Shown here: one piece after another, positions 39,235-49,700 of the stretch
Layout: each line of letters begins with the position of its first letter
Numbering within the stretch: position 1 is the first letter of the stretch
From: Lachnospiraceae bacterium
GTDB taxonomy: Bacteria; Bacillota; Clostridia; Lachnospirales; Lachnospiraceae
DNA: 64,000 bases
Assembly: GCA_028727605.1 (NCBI GenBank)
Contig: JAQYOA010000018.1
Span: 22,550 to 86,549, forward strand
Reading direction: 5' to 3'
Program-made: the position numbers and the translations under genes
Notes under the pieces: model-generated
Database searches by the model: none
The model's input: the letters and a program-made list of their open reading frames with translations, nothing else
Told to the model about the DNA's origin: nothing

Positions 39235-41475
39235 ATGAAGAGAAAATTTCTGGCTGCTGTAATACTCGGTCTTTCGATCTGCATAGCTCCGGTAGGAGTT
39301 CTGGCGTCCCAGATGCCTCAGGTTCAGACGGGCACTTCCACAAGCAGTGAGTCCGAGGAGGATCCTGTCATTTCTGCGACTCCGACACCTGCGGAAGAAG
39401 AGGCAGAGTGGGAAGCGGTTGAGCAGGATGGGACAACATATTATCGGTATGTTGTGATGAAAGATGGTCTTTCGACTGCAGCCAAGGGGTTACAGACAAT
39501 TGACGGAAAAATTTATTATTTTGACGAAAACGGCTTTATGGTAACCGGTGAAACATCGGTTACGGATGAAGAAGGCCGGACGGTAATCTATTATTTTGAA
39601 ACCCGGGGAGAAGATCCATCCAAAGATGATCTTGGGGCACAGGTTACCGGATTAGCGGAAAACGGAAAACTTTACAAACCGGAGCGTGCCGGTGAAGAAC
39701 TGGTAACGTTTGGAGAAGATCAGTATTATGCCGATTCGGAAGGCAATTGTGTAAAGAATGCAGTGCTCGAAGTTGACGGTAAACTGCTTCTGTTCGGCGA
39801 GGATGGAAAGCGTCAGGTAAAGACCGGATTTGTTACTTTAAAGAAAGAAGACGGTTCCAGAATCTATTATGTTGAGGATGGCGTTGTTTCCCGCGGAAAT
39901 AATTCACAGTATCAGCGAGAAGAAGATGAAGTCCGTTGGCTGAAGCTTTCCGGTGTGTGGTATCTGGTGGATGTCAGTGACGGTCATCTGCTTACCGGAT
40001 GGCAGAAGGTGGACGGTTCCCTCTATTATCTTTCTTTGGATGACGGAAAGATGCAGACCGGTGATCAGAAGAAGGGCGGCTGGCTGGAAATTGACGGCAG
40101 CTGGTATACTTTTGAGAGCTGGGGCGGTGCAAGATGCAATTGCTGGTATAAATATGACGGCGAGTGGTATTGGCTGCATGAGGACGGCAGAATGGAAACC
40201 GAAACCGTCGATTATGACGGATGTCGTTACTTTTTTGAGAGCTGGGGCGGCATGCTTCATGACACCTGGTATACTTACCAGAACCAGAAGTATTATCTGC
40301 ACAGCTGGGGCGGTGCCTACAGAAATGAATGGCTGACCGTAAATAATGTCCGCTACCGTGTGAAGGATGATTATTCATTCTATGCAAACGAATGGTTCAA
40401 AGAAGATGGAAAGTATTATTATTTCAAAGCGGACGGCGTGATGTATGCCAATGAGTGGCTGCAGCTGGACGGCAATTATTATTATCTGAAGTCTTCCGGT
40501 GAGAGATGTGCCAATGAGTGGGCGCAGGTGAATTCCAGCTGGTACTATTTCCGCGAGGATGGTACCCGTATTGAAAATGAATGGCTCAAATATGATAATG
40601 TCTGGTATTATCTGGGAGAAAACGGCAAAATGCTTTCCAGAGAATGGCTCAAATATGACGGAGAGTGGTACTTCTTTAAGAGCTGGGGCGGCATGTACGC
40701 TTCCGAATGGGCTCAGCATGACAATGAATGGTACTACTTCAAGAGCTGGGGCGGCATGTATCATGATCAGTGGCTGACCATTGATGGATATGATTATTAT
40801 TTCCAGAGCTGGGGCGGAAGATATCACGATATCACCGTTACCATTGACGGAAAGAAGTATCATTTTGACGCCAACGGACGCAAGACAGTAGTTGGATGGG
40901 TCTATATCGACGGATATCGTCGTTATCGGAATGAGGATGGCACGCTGTCCAACGATGTGACAGCAATTTTCAATCCGAGTTCGAAATACATAACAGTAGA
41001 CCGGAAACGGGGAATTACCACGATTTACGGATATAACAGTGAGACCAAGAAATATGACACACCGATCAAATCTATGCTGTGTTCTGTTGGAAATCCCATT
41101 GAGAATACAGAGGCAGGTACCTACACCGTGGGATGGCAGGTAACGAAAAAGAAGATGGTCGGCGAGAATAACTCTTATGTATGCTGGGCATCTTATGTAT
41201 CTCAGATTTACGGAGCTGTTTATTTCCATGGTGTGGCAAGTGATACAGAGGATCTGAATCATGTGTCCAGAAGTGCTTTTAATGCACTTGGAACGCCGCA
41301 GTCTCATGGCTGTGTGCGTCTTGCCGCATGTGATGCAAAGTGGATTTATCAGAATGTCAGCCGTGGCACCACCGTAAAAGTCGGTGACAACCTCGACTGC
41401 CCGATGAGCAGTCCTACCAGATATCAATGGAAAGGCGGAGAGTACGGACCGGATCCTACCTGGACAGATCTGTAA
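39235..41475 (+). CDS. Secreted L,D-transpeptidase (YkuD domain) with numerous choline/glucan-binding-type cell-wall repeats
   Basis: Signal peptide, about 20-21-aa aromatic repeats (W....WYYF...G.M), and the C-terminal YFHG...SHGCVRL catalytic motif. Confidence 0.88.
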   Translation: MKRKFLAAVILGLSICIAPVGVLASQMPQVQTGTSTSSESEEDPVISATPTPAEEEAEWEAVEQDGTTYYRYVVMKDGLSTAAKGLQTIDGKIYYFDENGFMVTGETSVTDEEGRTVIYYFETRGEDPSKDDLGAQVTGLAENGKLYKPERAGEELVTFGEDQYYADSEGNCVKNAVLEVDGKLLLFGEDGKRQVKTGFVTLKKEDGSRIYYVEDGVVSRGNNSQYQREEDEVRWLKLSGVWYLVDVSDGHLLTGWQKVDGSLYYLSLDDGKMQTGDQKKGGWLEIDGSWYTFESWGGARCNCWYKYDGEWYWLHEDGRMETETVDYDGCRYFFESWGGMLHDTWYTYQNQKYYLHSWGGAYRNEWLTVNNVRYRVKDDYSFYANEWFKEDGKYYYFKADGVMYANEWLQLDGNYYYLKSSGERCANEWAQVNSSWYYFREDGTRIENEWLKYDNVWYYLGENGKMLSREWLKYDGEWYFFKSWGGMYASEWAQHDNEWYYFKSWGGMYHDQWLTIDGYDYYFQSWGGRYHDITVTIDGKKYHFDANGRKTVVGWVYIDGYRRYRNEDGTLSNDVTAIFNPSSKYITVDRKRGITTIYGYNSETKKYDTPIKSMLCSVGNPIENTEAGTYTVGWQVTKKKMVGENNSYVCWASYVSQIYGAVYFHGVASDTEDLNHVSRSAFNALGTPQSHGCVRLAACDAKWIYQNVSRGTTVKVGDNLDCPMSSPTRYQWKGGEYGPDPTWTDL
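40117..40817 (+). repeat. Six identical AGCTGGGGCGG (SWGG) units within the cell-wall repeat region, mostly on a 63-bp period
   Basis: Copies start at 40117, 40240, 40303, 40681, 40744 and 40807. Confidence 0.8.
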
Positions 41476-41498
41476 TCAGTAATTATCAGTGTTTCGTG

Positions 41499-41545
41499 AA
41501 ATCCATCGGCAGTACGTGAAATCACATTCTGCCGATGGATTTTTT
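41499..41545 (+). terminator. Intrinsic terminator after the L,D-transpeptidase gene
   Basis: AAATCCATCGGCAG...CTGCCGATGGATTT stem followed by Ts. Confidence 0.8.
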
Positions 41546-41571
41546 AGACTATTGGAGGAAAGACAATCGAG

Positions 41572-42408
41572 ATGGATGCAGAAAATAAAAAAGAGAAGCT
41601 TTGTCAATATATGGAACAGCTGGCTTCTGAAGATCTGGTTCTGGCGTTTTCCGGAGGGGTGGACAGCAGCCTTTTGCTTTACCTTGCGGTGAATGCGGCA
41701 AAACGCCATGGCAAAAAAGTATATGCAGTGACATTTCAGACCAGACTTCATCCGCCCTGTGATCTGGATACAGCCAGAAGAGTGGCAGAGGAAATGCAGG
41801 CAATTCATCAGGTGCTTCAGGTGGATGAACTGGAGATGGAGGCAATCCGGACAAATCCGGTCAACCGCTGCTATCTTTGTAAGCATCATTTGTTTGAAAA
41901 ACTGATTGAGTTTGCAAAGAACCATCATGTGGACCGGATTCTTGACGGAACCAATGAAGATGACCTTCATGTTTACCGGCCGGGAATTCGTGCGCTGGAA
42001 GAGCTGGGAATCAAAAGCCCTCTTGCAGACTGCCATGTGACAAAAAAAGAAGTGAAACAGTTTGCAGAGGATTTCGGTATCTCCGTGGCACATCGCCCAT
42101 CTGCTCCCTGTATGGCTACCAGACTTCCTTATGGCAGTCCTCTGGATTATGAGCTTCTGGAACGGATCGCAGCAGGAGAAGAGTGGCTGCATGAACAGCT
42201 GGGAGCGGAGAAAAATATTCGATTGAGAGTCCATAGAGATCTGGTACGGCTGGAAGTGGAAAAAGAAAGTATGAGTCTGGTACTGGAACGGAAAGAGGAA
42301 ATCACAAAAAGACTGCATGAACTTGGTTTTGTTTACGTTACGTTGGATCTGGAGGGCTTCCGATCGGGAAGCATGGATACTCATCTGAAAGGAGAGAATA
42401 ACAGATGA
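41572..42408 (+). CDS. larE: LarE-family ATP-dependent sulfur transferase (PP-loop)
   Basis: AFSGGVDS PP-loop; NRCYLCK, DGTNEDD..YRPG, PSAPCMATRLPYG and DLEGFRSGSMD motifs. Confidence 0.85.
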   Translation: MDAENKKEKLCQYMEQLASEDLVLAFSGGVDSSLLLYLAVNAAKRHGKKVYAVTFQTRLHPPCDLDTARRVAEEMQAIHQVLQVDELEMEAIRTNPVNRCYLCKHHLFEKLIEFAKNHHVDRILDGTNEDDLHVYRPGIRALEELGIKSPLADCHVTKKEVKQFAEDFGISVAHRPSAPCMATRLPYGSPLDYELLERIAAGEEWLHEQLGAEKNIRLRVHRDLVRLEVEKESMSLVLERKEEITKRLHELGFVYVTLDLEGFRSGSMDTHLKGENNR

Positions 42409-42893
42409 AAGCGATTTTGAGTGCAGACAGAAACTGGGGGATCGGCCATCAGGGAAGACTGCTGGTGACGATTCCGTCGGATATGCGTTTCTTTCGGGAG
42501 ACAACAATGGGAAAAGTCGTGGTTATGGGAAGGAAAACTTTGGAGACACTTCCGGGTGGTCAGCCCATGAAGGGAAGAACGACGATTCTGTTAAGCCGTG
42601 ATCCGAAGTTTTGTGTTCGGGGAGCTACGACCGTGCACAGTAAAGAAGAGCTGTTGAAAATACTCGAATCTTATCCGGACGAGGATATTTATGTGGCGGG
42701 AGGAGGAGAAATCTATTCCATGCTTCTTCCCTACTGCGATACAGCCCTGGTAACCAGAATTGATATGGAATATCAGGCAGATACATTCTTTCCGAATCTG
42801 GATCAGTCGCCGGAATGGGAACTGGTGGAAGAAGGAGAGGAACAGACCTGTTTTGACATTGAATTTTATTTTACAACTTACAGGAGAAAATAA
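42405..42893 (+). CDS. folA: Dihydrofolate reductase
   Basis: WGIG..G.L...IPSDMRFFRETT, VVMGRKT, VAGGGEIY and ADTFFP motifs. Confidence 0.95.
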   Translation: MKAILSADRNWGIGHQGRLLVTIPSDMRFFRETTMGKVVVMGRKTLETLPGGQPMKGRTTILLSRDPKFCVRGATTVHSKEELLKILESYPDEDIYVAGGGEIYSMLLPYCDTALVTRIDMEYQADTFFPNLDQSPEWELVEEGEEQTCFDIEFYFTTYRRK

Positions 42894-42933
42894 AAAAGGG
42901 ACTTTGCATATTTTCGTGCAAAGTCTCTTTTTT
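42892..42933. terminator. Bidirectional intrinsic terminator between folA and the telA-like gene
   Basis: AAAAAAGGGACTTTGCA...TGCAAAGTCTCTTTTTT between convergent genes. Confidence 0.85.
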
Positions 42934-42970
42934 CTATCGGTATTTTTGAAAAGCGTCAGTCAGTAAAAAA

Positions 42971-44125
42971 TCATGCACCTGCCTGACGGTTTCCGCCGCT
43001 GGCCATTTCCAGCATCTTATTTTTGATTTCATTTTCGAGCTGTACCAGTTCTGCCTCAGCCGCCCGCCGTTTTTCACGGCCGTCCTGCTGGATTTTCATC
43101 ACTTCATCCAATGTAGAGATCAAGGTCTGATTAGTGGATTTGAGGGTTTCAAGATCCACAATACCGCGTTCGGATTCTTTTGCGGTTTCGATGGTTGCAG
43201 TTTTCAGATTTGCTGCATTTTTCTTCAAAAGTTCATTGGTCATATCGGTGACCTGGCGCTGTGCTTTTGCAGCTTCTGTGGAATGATGAATGCCAAGTGC
43301 GATAACCATCTGATTCTTCCAGAGAGGAATCGTATTGACGAGGGTGGACTGAATTTTTTCTGCCATCACAGCGTCACTGTTCTGAATCATACGGATCTGC
43401 GGTGCGGTCTGGATGGAAACCATACGGGTCAGTTCCAGGTCATACAGTTTTTTCTCAAAACGAGTGCAAAGGTCTTCCAGATCCTTTGCCGCCTGAGCGT
43501 CCTCTGCCAGTCCCGACAGCTGAGCTTTGCGCTGGAGCTCGCAAAGATCTGTAGAACGCACCAGATCCAGTTTCTTTTTTCCGGCCAGAATGTACATTGT
43601 GAGTTCTTTGAAGTAATTGAGATTCTGAGCGTACATCTGATCCAGAAGTGCGATATCTTTGAGCAGCTGACGCTGATGATCCTCCAGAACATCACAGATT
43701 TTATTGACGTTTACTTCCGCTTTATCGTATTTCGATTTCATTGCATTGAGTTTGCTGGAACTCTTCCGGAAGAAGGAAAACGGTCCTTTTTCTTCTTCGG
43801 CATCAAAGGATTTCAGCTCTGTCACAACGGAAGAGAGCAGATCGCCTACTTCCCCGAGATCCTTTGTCCTGACATTCTCCAGTGTTTTTTCAGAAAAATC
43901 CGCCATTTTTTTCTGGGCGCCGGATCCGTATTGAAGAATTCCGTTGGTATTGGTTAAATCGATCTGAGAAACAAAATTGTCAACCATTTGTTTCTGCTCT
44001 GCTGAGAGGACGGAATCATCCAGTACCTCTGCTTTTGGTTGAGCGACAGGACGGGCCGGTTCAGGCTCCGGGATTCCAAAGCTTAAAGTTGGTGTTTCGT
44101 TTAATACCTTCAAATCTTCACTCAT
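42971..44125 (-). CDS. Toxic anion resistance protein (TelA/YaaN family)
   Basis: ILQYG..AQKK, QTAPQIRMIQ, NTIPLWKNQM and ERGIVD.ETL motifs; coiled-coil. Confidence 0.92.
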   Translation of the reverse strand: MSEDLKVLNETPTLSFGIPEPEPARPVAQPKAEVLDDSVLSAEQKQMVDNFVSQIDLTNTNGILQYGSGAQKKMADFSEKTLENVRTKDLGEVGDLLSSVVTELKSFDAEEEKGPFSFFRKSSSKLNAMKSKYDKAEVNVNKICDVLEDHQRQLLKDIALLDQMYAQNLNYFKELTMYILAGKKKLDLVRSTDLCELQRKAQLSGLAEDAQAAKDLEDLCTRFEKKLYDLELTRMVSIQTAPQIRMIQNSDAVMAEKIQSTLVNTIPLWKNQMVIALGIHHSTEAAKAQRQVTDMTNELLKKNAANLKTATIETAKESERGIVDLETLKSTNQTLISTLDEVMKIQQDGREKRRAAEAELVQLENEIKNKMLEMASGGNRQAGA

Positions 44126-44156
44126 GATAGTTCTCCTTTTCACTGTGTAGAGTTGG

Positions 44157-45350
44157 TTATTGCAAATGAAGTCCGTTCATTCCCTTGCCCGTCAGTCCTT
44201 CCTGCGCGAGCATAGCTTCCAGAACGGAAATATCGGATGAGATATCCCATGCGGTTGTCTGGAACAGATCATTCAGAAGTTTTTCAAAAGCCTCATTAAT
44301 CGTGTCAAGGGTCTGTTCAATTTCTTTCTTGGTTTTCCGGATATTTTCACTTTGGATGGGTTCCCGATCGAAATTCCGGTAGGAATCAAGAAGCTTCCAG
44401 GTTGTCGGCATATAGTAATCCATGAATTTTCGAAGCTGCGCAATTTCTTTCGGGCGTTTTTTTGCTTCACTTAAAATTCGTGTCACCACCAACTCCAGAC
44501 GGCTCAGTTTGGAAGAAATGACTTCTCCCGGAAGATCTTCATTGCACTGATGAATTTTGTGAATATAGTCTTCGCATTCGGCAAGCATCTCCTGATATTC
44601 GAGTGTCAGTCCGGAAGCTTCCAGCTCTTTTTTTCGTTTCTCCTGCTCCAGCTGCTGCTGGTATTGATGCTCCAGAAGCTCCTGATACTGATGGTAGCAG
44701 TTGTTGGTCACCATCAGACAGGTGTTGTCTTTATCCAAATGTCCCTGACGGAACATGGATTTCTCAATCATACGGGAGAGTTCAGGCAGAAGCTCTTCCC
44801 GGGTAAGATTCATGCGGTCTGAGAGTTCCCCAAGAGAAATATATTCTCTCGAGCCCAGGATACTGCAGATCTGTCGGAAATGGCGCACCAGATTCCGATT
44901 CTTCTTTCCCTTCCGAATAAAAATACTTCCGGTTCCGGTGAGACCGAGAAAGACAGCAAGGAGAATCAGAAGGACAGTGTGAAAACCGCCGCCGATCAAA
45001 GCGATGAGAATGCCAAGGCTGGCAAGACCGAAAATTCCGGAAAGAAGTCCCCCTACGGTAAGCTGAAAACCTCCGGTGAAGGTAAGATCCGATGGAGCCA
45101 TGAAACGTTCTTTGTTTTGCATGCGCAAAGTCATCCACTGGTTTAGACCGGGCTTTTGTACTGTATTTTTTTCCGGGGCGGAAGAACTGCCGTCTGCACG
45201 GTAAGGTCCCTGACGGCTGGGATATACAAACTGGTTAATTGTCTCTGATATTTTCTGATTTAATTCCTGAAAATTCTGGGAATTGACTGCATTATCTACC
45301 AGTCGGCCGATGCTGTCGCCGACATCTTTCAAATCATCTTCAAAACTCAT
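44157..45350 (-). CDS. XpaC-family (5-bromo-4-chloroindolyl phosphate hydrolysis) membrane protein
   Basis: Two TM segments and C-terminal LRKFMDYYMPTTWKLLDSY...DISSDISVL; classical partner upstream of telA/yaaN. Confidence 0.82.
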   Translation of the reverse strand: MSFEDDLKDVGDSIGRLVDNAVNSQNFQELNQKISETINQFVYPSRQGPYRADGSSSAPEKNTVQKPGLNQWMTLRMQNKERFMAPSDLTFTGGFQLTVGGLLSGIFGLASLGILIALIGGGFHTVLLILLAVFLGLTGTGSIFIRKGKKNRNLVRHFRQICSILGSREYISLGELSDRMNLTREELLPELSRMIEKSMFRQGHLDKDNTCLMVTNNCYHQYQELLEHQYQQQLEQEKRKKELEASGLTLEYQEMLAECEDYIHKIHQCNEDLPGEVISSKLSRLELVVTRILSEAKKRPKEIAQLRKFMDYYMPTTWKLLDSYRNFDREPIQSENIRKTKKEIEQTLDTINEAFEKLLNDLFQTTAWDISSDISVLEAMLAQEGLTGKGMNGLHLQ

Positions 45351-45451
45351 TCTGCATCCTTTCTGTCGAAAACTTATTTTTATGAATCAGTCGTCGCTCT
45401 TTGTATGTTTCTACTCCGGAATCGACGAAAACAGGAATATCCGTTCATTTC

Positions 45452-45480
45452 ATTATACAATGACAAAACTGTGCTGACAA
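45452..45480 (-). promoter_or_regulatory. Putative sigmaA promoter of xpaC-telA
   Basis: TTGTCA-17bp-TATAAT on the minus strand. Confidence 0.55.
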
Positions 45481-45604
45481 GTTTACAAATGTCAGATTTA
45501 TACAATTTTGCACAGCGTTGTAAACGGGTCGCAAAATGAGAAGAATTGTGTTATGATATGAATAATGGGTGGCTTTACCCGTATGGAAACGGAGGTATCA
45601 AAAA

Positions 45605-46660
45605 ATGTACAGAGATCACACAAAAACAGTAAAAATCGGAGATCGGGTGATTGGCGGAGGAAATCCCGTATTGATTCAGTCTATGACAAATACGAAGACG
45701 GAGGATGTAAAGGCAACGGTAGCACAGATTCATGCGCTGGAAGCGGCAGGTTGTGAGATTATCCGCTGTGCAGTTCCGACCAGTGAGGCAGCCAGTGCAC
45801 TCTCCGAGATCAAAAAACAGATTTCGATTCCTTTGGTTGCCGATATTCATTTTGATTATAAACTGGCAATCGCGGCGATGGAGAATGGTGCCGATAAAAT
45901 CCGGATCAATCCCGGCAACATCGGAAGCATTGATCGGATCCGTGCAGTGACAGATACGGCCCGCGCGCTCAATGTTCCGATTCGGGTGGGCGTAAACAGC
46001 GGTTCACTGGAAAAAGAACTGGTGGAAAAGTATCATGGAGTGACAGCCGAAGGTCTGGTAGAGAGTGCACTGGACAAAGTAAAGATCATCGAGGATCTGG
46101 GCTATGATAATCTGGTGATCAGCATCAAATCTTCGGATGTCATGATGTGCGCCAAAGCACACGAACTGATTGCAGCACAGACAGATCATCCGCTGCATGT
46201 GGGAATTACCGAGGCGGGCACACTTTACTCCGGAAACATTAAATCGGCGGTAGGTCTTGGCATTATTCTTTATCAGGGAATCGGTGATACGATTCGTGTG
46301 TCACTTACCGGGGATCCGCTGGAGGAAGTGAAGTCTGCCAAACGAATTTTGAAAACACTTGGTCTTCGCAAAGGAGGAATCGAGGTTGTCTCCTGCCCGA
46401 CCTGCGGACGAACCCAGATCGATCTGATCGGTCTTGCAAACAAAGTGGAAACATTGGTTCAGCAGTATCCGCTGGATATCAAAGTAGCCGTTATGGGCTG
46501 TGTGGTTAACGGACCGGGCGAAGCGAAGGAAGCGGATCTTGGAATTGCCGGGGGCAAAGGTGTCGGACTGCTGATCAAAAAAGGTGAGATTGTGAAAAAA
46601 GTTCCGGAGGATGTGCTTCTTGATACTCTGAAGGAAGAACTGGATCACTGGGGAGAATGA
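45605..46660 (+). CDS. ispG: (E)-4-hydroxy-3-methylbut-2-enyl-diphosphate synthase
   Basis: IQSMTNT, ADIHF, RINPGN, SCPTCGR and MGCVVNGPGE motifs. Confidence 0.97.
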   Translation: MYRDHTKTVKIGDRVIGGGNPVLIQSMTNTKTEDVKATVAQIHALEAAGCEIIRCAVPTSEAASALSEIKKQISIPLVADIHFDYKLAIAAMENGADKIRINPGNIGSIDRIRAVTDTARALNVPIRVGVNSGSLEKELVEKYHGVTAEGLVESALDKVKIIEDLGYDNLVISIKSSDVMMCAKAHELIAAQTDHPLHVGITEAGTLYSGNIKSAVGLGIILYQGIGDTIRVSLTGDPLEEVKSAKRILKTLGLRKGGIEVVSCPTCGRTQIDLIGLANKVETLVQQYPLDIKVAVMGCVVNGPGEAKEADLGIAGGKGVGLLIKKGEIVKKVPEDVLLDTLKEELDHWGE

Positions 46661-46700
46661 GAAGATCAATGCGATATTCTGCAGAGAGGTGAACAAAAGG

Positions 46701-49700
46701 ATGGAGAAAAGTTTTCAGGAAGTTTTCCCGAAGTTAAAAACGGAGGGTGCCCTGTCAGAACTGCTGGAGAGTGTGGAAATTTCCCGGATTGCAATTAACA
46801 AAAAGAAGGATTTACTGCGCGTGTATCTGGTCAGTCATCAGTGGATTCATAAAAAGTATATCTATCAGCTGGAGCGGGAAATCAAGGGACAGCTGTTTGG
46901 TGAAGTACCATTGATGGTCAGAATCATCGAGCGATTTTATCTGTCCAGGCAGTATACACCGGAGAATTTTCTGGAGGTGTATCATGACAGCATTCTGCTG
47001 GAACTGAAAAACTACAGCATTTTCTTATATAATCTCTTTTCGAATGCCAGAATCACATTCCCGGAGACGGATACTATGCATCTGGTTCTGGTCGACTCTG
47101 TCATTGCCAGGGAGAAAGAAAGCGAACTGGTACGAATTCTGGAGAAAATTTTCTGTGAGCGCTGCGGCTTTGATTTGAAGATTCAGACAGAACTCCTGAA
47201 GATGGAAGGCGAGAGCAAAGCCATGAAAAATTCTGAATTAAAGATTCAGGAAGAAGTGAGGCATGTTCTGGCGAGAACACATCTTGGGGAGCAGCTGGAG
47301 GAGAAAAAGCGGAAGGAAAAACAGGAAGCAGCGAAACATCCGGATGGACACACAGCGGAAAAAGCGGAGCAGGAAAAGTGGAAAAACAAAAGAGGAGCGA
47401 AAGGCGGATTTGGAAAACGAATGGAGGATCAGCCGAGAAAATCTTCCAATCCGGATGTGGTTTACGGGCGTGATTTCGACGATGAGTGTGTGGAAATCCT
47501 CTCAATCGGCGATGAGATCGGAGATGTGGTTATTCGGGGCCGGATTCAGAGTGTAGATACCAGAGAAATCCGGAATGAACGAACCATTTTTATGTTTACG
47601 ATCACTGATTTTACAGATACCATCTCCGTAAAGCTGTTTGTGTCGAACGGGGAAGTGCCGGACATGAAAGCAGCTATCAAACCGGGCGCATTTCTCAAGG
47701 TGAAAGGAAAAACAACAGTGGATTCCTTTGACCATGATTTGACCGTAATGTCAGTCTGGGGCATCAAGAAAATTACAGATTTCCGTACAGGGCGCAGGGA
47801 TACCAGCCCGATGAAGCGGGTGGAACTGCACTGCCATACCAAGATGAGTGATATGGATGGAGTCACAGATGCTGCAAAACTGGTAAAGCGCGCCTATGAA
47901 TGGGGACATCCGGCAATTGCGATCACGGATCACGGCGTTGTTCAGTCATTTCCGGAGGCAAATCACGCCATGGAAGATATTGACGGTGCTTACAGGAAGA
48001 AATATCAGCAGGAGCATCCGGAGGCGACCAAGGAAGAGCTGAAGAAAGTATCTGCTCCGTTTAAAGTGATTTACGGGATGGAAGCTTATCTGGTGGATGA
48101 CCTGAAAGATGTGGTGGTAAACAGCAAAGGGCAGAGTATCCACGGGGATTATGTCGTATTTGATATTGAGACGACAGGTTTTTCTCCTGTAGTCAACAAA
48201 ATCATCGAGATTGGTGCTGTCCGTGTGGAGAACGGGGCAATTGTGAAGAAATTTTCGACCTTTGTAAATCCCAAAGTTCCGATTCCGTTCCGTATTGAAA
48301 ACCTGACGGGAATCAATGACAATATGGTGCTCGATGCGCCGGAGATTGAGACGGTGCTGCCGCAGTTTATGGAGTTCTGCGAGGGAGCTGTGATGGTAGC
48401 TCATAATGCCTCTTTCGATATGAGTTTTATTGAGCATAACTGCGCGCTTCTGGGTATTGAGCGGGAATTCACGACCGCAGACACTGTGGCGATGGCACGG
48501 TTTCTGCTTCCGGGATTGAACCGGTTTAAGCTGGATACTGTGGCAAAGGCGGTGGGAGTGCCTTTGGAGAACCATCACAGAGCCGTGGATGATGCAGGAT
48601 GCACAGCGGAAATTTTTATCAGGTTTGTAAAGATGCTGGAAGAGAGAGGAATTTCCACACTGGACCAGCTGAACGCAGAGGGCAAGGTTTCTGAGGAGGC
48701 AATCCGAAAACTTCCGACTTATCATGCAATTATTCTGGCGAGAAATGAGACCGGAAGGGTGAATTTATACCGTCTGGTGTCTGAGTCACACCTGAAATAT
48801 TATAATCGGCGGCCGAGGCTGCCCAAAAGTGTATATCTGAAATACCAGGAAGGACTGATGATCGGATCTGCCTGTGAAGCAGGAGAACTGTATCAGGCCA
48901 TCCTTCGGGGAGAATCGGATCCGGAAATTGCCCGTTTGGTTGACTTTTATGATTATCTGGAAATTCAGCCCCTGGGGAACAATGCATTTATGATCAACAG
49001 CGAAGATGTTTCGGCTGTCAACAGCGAGGAAGATCTGATTGAAATAAATAAAAAGATTGTGAAACTGGGAAATCAGTTCAAAAAACCGGTAGTTGCCACC
49101 TGTGATGTGCATTTTATGGATCCCGAGGATGAGATTTACAGGCGGATTATCATGGCCGGAAAGGGGTTTGATGATGCCGATCAGCAGGCTCCGCTTTATC
49201 TGCGCACGACGGAGGAGATGCTGGAGGAATTTTCCTATCTGGGGAGTGAAACAGCGGAACAGGTTGTGATTACCAATCCGCAGAAAATTGCAGATATGGT
49301 AGAAAAAATTTCCCCCATCCGTGCCGGAAAGTTTCCGCCGGTCATTGAGGATTCGGACAAAACACTCAGGCGAATCTGCTACGACAGAGCACATGAAATC
49401 TACGGAGAAGATCTGCCGGAAATTGTTTCAAGCCGGCTGGAACGAGAGCTGAATTCGATCATTTCCAATGGATATGCGGTGATGTATATCATCGCTCAGA
49501 AGCTGGTTTGGAAGTCCAATGAAGACGGTTATCTGGTGGGATCCCGCGGATCGGTTGGTTCTTCTTTTGTGGCGACGATGGCCGGTATTACGGAAGTCAA
49601 TCCGTTAAGTCCTCACTATTACTGTGAAAAATGTCATTACAGTGAATTTGATTCCCCGCGTGTCAAAGAATACGTGGGAAGAGCGGGCTGCGATATGCCG

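Noticed and set aside
40117-40817. Regularly spaced short repeats that could suggest a CRISPR array or Chi-like sites
   Set aside because: The repeats are only about 11 bp, are in frame within a protein repeat region, and have no cas genes nearby.
47970-48060. Charged ~25-aa insertion in the PolC PHP region, considered as an intein remnant
   Set aside because: It is far too short and has no intein terminal motifs (C/S...HN). It is probably a variable surface helix.
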